Below are positions 22,201 to 28,200 of a stretch of 64,000 nt of DNA, piece by piece. Within the stretch, counting starts at the first letter, position 1. The number at the start of each line of letters is the position of its first letter. The DNA comes from an uncultured virus (IMG/VR IMGVR_UViG_3300042882_000732) (taxonomy: Duplodnaviria > Heunggongvirae > Uroviricota > Caudoviricetes), in the IMG/VR virus record IMGVR_UViG_3300042882_000732, positions 1 to 64,000 of that record; one strand, 5' to 3'. The position numbers were made by a program, and so were the translations under genes. The notes beneath the pieces are model-generated. The model was not told where the DNA came from and did no database searches. It was given only the letters and a program-made list of their open reading frames with translations.

Positions 22201-25200
22201 TTAGCTGCTTTGCTAGCTTCATTCAAGCCCTTAGCAAATTTATCTAATGCTCCTTCTTTGAATGATGATAGACCTTTTATAGAATCTAATAATTTTTTAC
22301 CAAAATCACCTAAAACACTAGTACCTTCTTCTAGTTCTTTTCTAAATTCTGATACTTGCGTAGTATTATCGGCATTGTTATCTTTAGCTTTTTTAGCTAT
22401 AGTTTCTATCCTGGCCGTAGCTATTTGTTTTAATTCATCTTTTTGTTGTCTAGATAAATTAGCATTATTTTCTATTTCATTTTTAGCAGTATCAACTGCT
22501 GCTTTTTTAAGTTCATCTACTCCTGAGCCGGCGCTCTTGTCTAAAACAGTTGCTATGCTTTTTGTTATATTTTTTGGTATGTTTTGTTGTAATTGAGCAC
22601 CGCCAATCAGTTGTTTTCTAAGTCCGTCACTTAATCCTGCTGTGGCACTTTGTAGTGCTGCAGTAAATTCTGCTTCAGAATATGCATTGGGATTTTCTAA
22701 AATATTTCTTTCTCTTAGTTTTGGACCAGAACCTCTGGACTCTCCACGTAATGATGATGCATATTGGTTTGCCGCTTCTACTCTAGCATCAGACTCAAAT
22801 GATATTCTATTAACAGATTCATTTACTATATCTGCTATTTTATCAAAACTTGCTGCTAATCTTCGTCCTGCTTTATCAGCAATTTCCATAGCTCTTGCTA
22901 ATTTTGCAGCTTCTTGAGAAGCTTTTGCTAATTCATCATTAGCTAAAAATGCTTGTTGCGCTGCTGTACCAGCAATAGCTTCTTTACCTTGTGGTCCGGC
23001 AGCCATATATAAAGCTCGTTTTTCAGAATCAGCTAGAATCATGCCTTTTATAGATTCTCTAACTATATTTCCAGCTTCATTAGTAGGATCCATAATTTGA
23101 TCATTAGTGAATCCTTTTGCATATAGCCTTTCTAGATCGGTATATCCAGCATTAGCTATTTTTTGAAAATTTTCTGCTTCTTTTTGAGCATCAACTCTTG
23201 CTTCTTCCATGCCATAAGAGCCTTGTTTGGATTTTGCAAGCGTTACAGGGTCCATGTCTTGGTAGAATGGATTCATACCAACTCCAATTTCTCCAATGGC
23301 CAACAATATTCCTCTGCCAAAATCTGACCAATTACGCTCCGTCTCTGCTTTATTCTTTCCTGTTATTCCTGTATCTGCTGTGCTTTCCAGGGCAGTATCT
23401 GTTAAGCTTTTAATGGTTGATGCTGTTTTTGCTCTAAGTTCAACGTTATTAGCATCTCTGCTTAATTTTTCCAAAGCATTTGATAGATTATCACTAGCAG
23501 CAGATAATTTATCATTTAATAAAGCTCTTGCCATTTCTTGAGCTGCTTTTTTGGCAGTGCCTGAGAAATCATATACAGCATCAGCGCCAGCATACAGTGC
23601 TGTGCCTATAGCAGCAGCAGCTCCTAACATAGGATTTATAGCAGCTAATTGTGCTGATGTTGTTAGACCAACAGACAGTGTTGTTGCTGCTTTATCGATT
23701 CTTGCGCCTGTATCTGCCGCTTGTATTTTGCCTTTATCGGTTTTAGTATCAAATAATGCTGATGCTATGTTGTCTCCTTGTCCAGCAACTAATCCTGCCG
23801 CTAATCCAATGTCGCCCAATCCTCTCTGCATACTTTTTCCTAGATCTCCAGTAAAGTATCTTTCTCTAAATGCTCGATTAATAGGACTATTTCTAGTATC
23901 CATTAATCCAGCAGCTCCAACACCTCGTTCTCCTCTCATTTTTGCCAGATCATTTATAGCTTCTCTTCGTTTGCTAACTTCTTCCTGTGCTAATTTTTTA
24001 GCTTCCTCTGCAGAAGCAACGCTAATACCTCTAACAGTTCCAGCATTCTTATACTCTTCCATTCTCATAGCTATTAACTGCTGATCCATTTGTCTGAGAG
24101 TTTTTCTATCTCTCATAGAATCAGAAATATATTTTTGAATATCATTTCCAGTTATATTTAGATTTTTTAATTCACTTTCTGTTATATTCCCTTTTATGCC
24201 AGTAGAAGTTTTTGTTCCTGTAGCCGCTGCTGTAGCTCTAGAAAATGCTTGCGTTTTAATATCATTTAATTCAGAAGATATAGCTTGGGCGACCTGATCA
24301 GCTAAGTCTGATGGAGATATTGGTTGTTTGGATGATGATACTATATCAGCTTCTATAGCCTTTTTTCTTTTATCTATTAATCGTCGCTCTTCTTTTTCTG
24401 CTAAAGATAATATTTTTTGTTGCGTAGCTCCTGATCCTAATTTTTTACCAACTGAACTTTCTTTAAATCCAGACTCTAAAAATTGACGATTAGTAACATC
24501 AATAAGTCCTTTATTTCTAATATTAGACAATGCCTTTTCAGCTTCTATAATTTTATCAATAGATGCTCCACTAATTTTTAATCTTTCTAGATCTTTATTA
24601 CCAGCTTCTAATACTGCTTGTATAGATAATTGTTTATTTTCATTTAATAAACGATTTAAATACTTCATGCCGTCTCCGGCATCATAAAGAGTGTCCACAA
24701 ATGCTTTTGTATCTTGCAGAATAGATGGGTCTACAGCTATTGTACTAGTATCTATTGAATTTGGGCGATTATTAGTAATATTTTGTGTTCTTCCTAAATT
24801 ACTTGCTATGCTTTGTAATCCAGAAAGAAAGCCATCTACACCTCCACCTAAAGCAAATCTTTGTACTCCTCCTACAATTCCTCCTTTATTGTATCCTTGT
24901 ATTTTATCTGCTTTATTTAATTTTTCTAACTTGCCATATCCTATTTTTTCTGCTGCTTTTTTATTAACAACAAATTCACCAGGAGTTAATAATGCTGGTA
25001 CAGTATCCTGCGCAGACCCACCATTTGCAAATTTTCTTTTATTCTGCATCTTCTTTAGAAGAGACGGATCTATATTTGGACCATATTCATATAGCAGAGA
25101 GGATGCCATATTATCGGCAACTTCTTGTATTTTAGAAAGATTACCAGCTTGCTTAAATTCTGCATAATTACCAATGTTACTACTTTCTTGTTTTAGTCCG

Positions 25201-28200
25201 CCTAATATATTGTATCCAAAACCATTCTTTCGTCTGGAAATTCTAAAATTAATATCTGGATATTGATTTAATATTTTTTGTCTTATTTTTTCAAATTCAT
25301 TTTCTTTACCAAATGCCATTCCTCCATCTTTAAACTGCTGAACTTTCATTCCTTCTATATGACGAATATTTCCACCTAATAATTTATCTTCTTGATCTTT
25401 ACTAAATATTCTATCAATATCATCTATTCTAAATTTTGAAGTTTGTGGGAGAATGAATTCTTTTTCTATTCGTGTTGCTGATCGACTTCTGCTTAGAAAA
25501 TCTGCTCCGCTTTTTCCAGAGACAGGGTCTATATATTTTGATAATGCTTTTATAATATCTTCTTCTGTGGAGGTATCAAATATTGCCTTATCAACATCAA
25601 TAGATGGAATATTTTTATTTCTAATGATACTCAACATTGCACTAGAACCATTTTCTGGCTGAAATACACTAGCTGTATCCGGGGATTCACTAGTTGATAA
25701 TAATGAGCCATTTAAATTAAAGTTTTTACCAATAGCATCAGAAATATCTTTATTAGAGTTTAAAGGATTATTAATTTGAGTTAAAATGGTTTTTAATTTA
25801 CCACCAGCAACAGTGGAATATAATTTACCAGAACGCTTTGAGCCACTCATTGATTCTTGGCTAGTAAACATTTCCAATAAATCTTTTGCAGCATTCTTTG
25901 TGGCATCATACGCCTTTGGAGGATCAGCATGGAAAGTTTTAAGATATTCCATGAAAGAATCATTATCTTCTAAATATCTATTTATAAATTCGCTATCAGT
26001 TCCACCACCAGGAAATGGTCCTGTTCTGTATTTGGCTAATGAGACTAGTTGTTGTGGAGTATATACTTCTCCGCCGTCAGCAAAAGCTGTTACTTTTTCT
26101 GGATCAGGAATGCCGTATTGTTGTCTAAAATATTTTTGAAATTCTTCAACAGCTTTACCTCTACTATTACTATCTATTGTTCTTTTAACTTCTGTTGGAA
26201 TATCAGGATCGATACCAAATATTTTTGCTGCTTTAGGTCCGATACCCATTGGAAAGTCAATTGGTCTTGTTCTTAATGCATCGTCTAATATTGTGGCATC
26301 TGCTGATCCAAAAATTTGTTCTAGTAAAGCACCCTCAATATTTCCTTGTCCTAATGTTTCTCTTTGTTTTTTAGTTAATTCTTTAGGAGTAATACCAAGA
26401 AGCTTTGATGCTCCTTGTACTATTTCTGCTGTTTGTCCACTAAGATAATCAATAACGTTTTGGAATTCTGTTGGTAGTCCTCTTTGTACTATTGAAGCGT
26501 CTATTGATCTTTCTTGGCCAGACGGATCGACTCCAAGATTCCAAGTCTCTGGACCCAATAATCCAGTATATCCTAGCGGATTTAATCCAACTAATCCTAA
26601 TTGTTTGGAAGATAACACAGCATTAGTTGTATCTTCTAGAGCTGTAGCCTTTTGAATTCCTTGTGATTCATTAAATTTGTCTATTAGATAGTCTCTTGTT
26701 GCAATATAGTAAGCGAGCTTATCTTCTTTTGTTTCTGGTCTAAAAGCAGAATTCCAGTATTTTAATTTTCCTCCTTCGGCTGTATCTCTTACTGTTTTTC
26801 CTGAGAATGGGCCAAAACTTGGATCATTTGGTAATCTTTGAGTTCCAAATCTTTTTAGAATCTCTGATCCTTGTGTTGGTAATATTCCAGAAGACTTTTT
26901 GACCTGGGTGGCTTTTTCTACATTTTTTAGTATTGCCTCTTCTAGTCCAGAAGGCATAGCTGTTGGAACTCCACCAAACTCACCAGCCATCTGTTCTGAA
27001 ATTTGTGCTGCTATGGCCTCTCTGGTTATGTCTGATGGTTGCGCAGATACGGCGGATTTTCTTGATGGGTCTAACCCATAAGTTTCTGGATATTTGGCAG
27101 ATAGGGCGCTTATTATATTAAATGCTCTATAGCCGAATGCTCCTTTAGATACTCTATCTCTTTTGTCTCTTATCTGCTTAACTTGCTCAGCTATTTCTGG
27201 ATAATTTTTCTTTAGATCAGCACTAACATTACCATATGGACCACCAGGAGCATTTGATAATATTTCTGTAACCTCAGCATTGGATCGTACTTTATCTTGA
27301 TCAACAAACTTTTGTATTTCTTCGATGAGCATAGGAACCATAGTGCTACGATTACGTAATTGTGCTCTATTGCCCATTAATATTGATGCTATATCAGGAT
27401 TCATTAAACTAGTAAGTGTTTTATCGTCACCATTAAATAATGCGTCTCTAACTGCAGTAGCACTAATATCTTCTATTCTAGGAATATCTGTAACGTCTAT
27501 TCCTGCTCTTTGGTATTTGCCCAATGTTTTATCGTCTTTACCAGAAGTTATTGCCATGGCTCCTTTTAATCTGGCGAATTTTCTTCTATCTCCAGCATCA
27601 GTAACTTCCATAAATTTTGGTAAACCACCACCCGTCTGGCTTTGAGTGCTAATCATAGCATTTCCAAAATTCATTTGGCTAAATAAGGTTCTTATGTCTG
27701 ATGGGAAAATACCATATCGTGCAGCGTGGTCTATGCCTTCTTTATCAACAATCATTGGAAGGTCAGGAGCAACACTAACAAGAATATCTTCTAAAGAAGA
27801 GTTTGGGTTCTTTGCTAACATGTTTTCTAATAAAGTATCTAAAGCTCCTCTATGGCCTCTTGTTGGTGGGGCAAAACCACCCATATAAAATCCACCAGCC
27901 TGAACTATTTCTGGTAGTTCGCTTTCTCTTTTACGTCTTAAACCGAAACTATCTTTTTTTCTTCCTAATACTGTGGCTCTTTTGCCAAGTTCATCTCGTA
28001 ATATGGTTTCTTCCAGACCAAAATCAATATCAGCTGCTCTTGTGGTTCCTGGTTTACGACCATACAATCCTTCTCCTGTAATGTCTCTGCTCTCTCTATT
28101 TGACCTAACTCTATCTTGTTCCTCTCTGCTATTAGAGCTTAATACATATGCTCTATCAACATCTTTTAAATAAGCATCTAATTTAGTCTGACTAGCTGTC

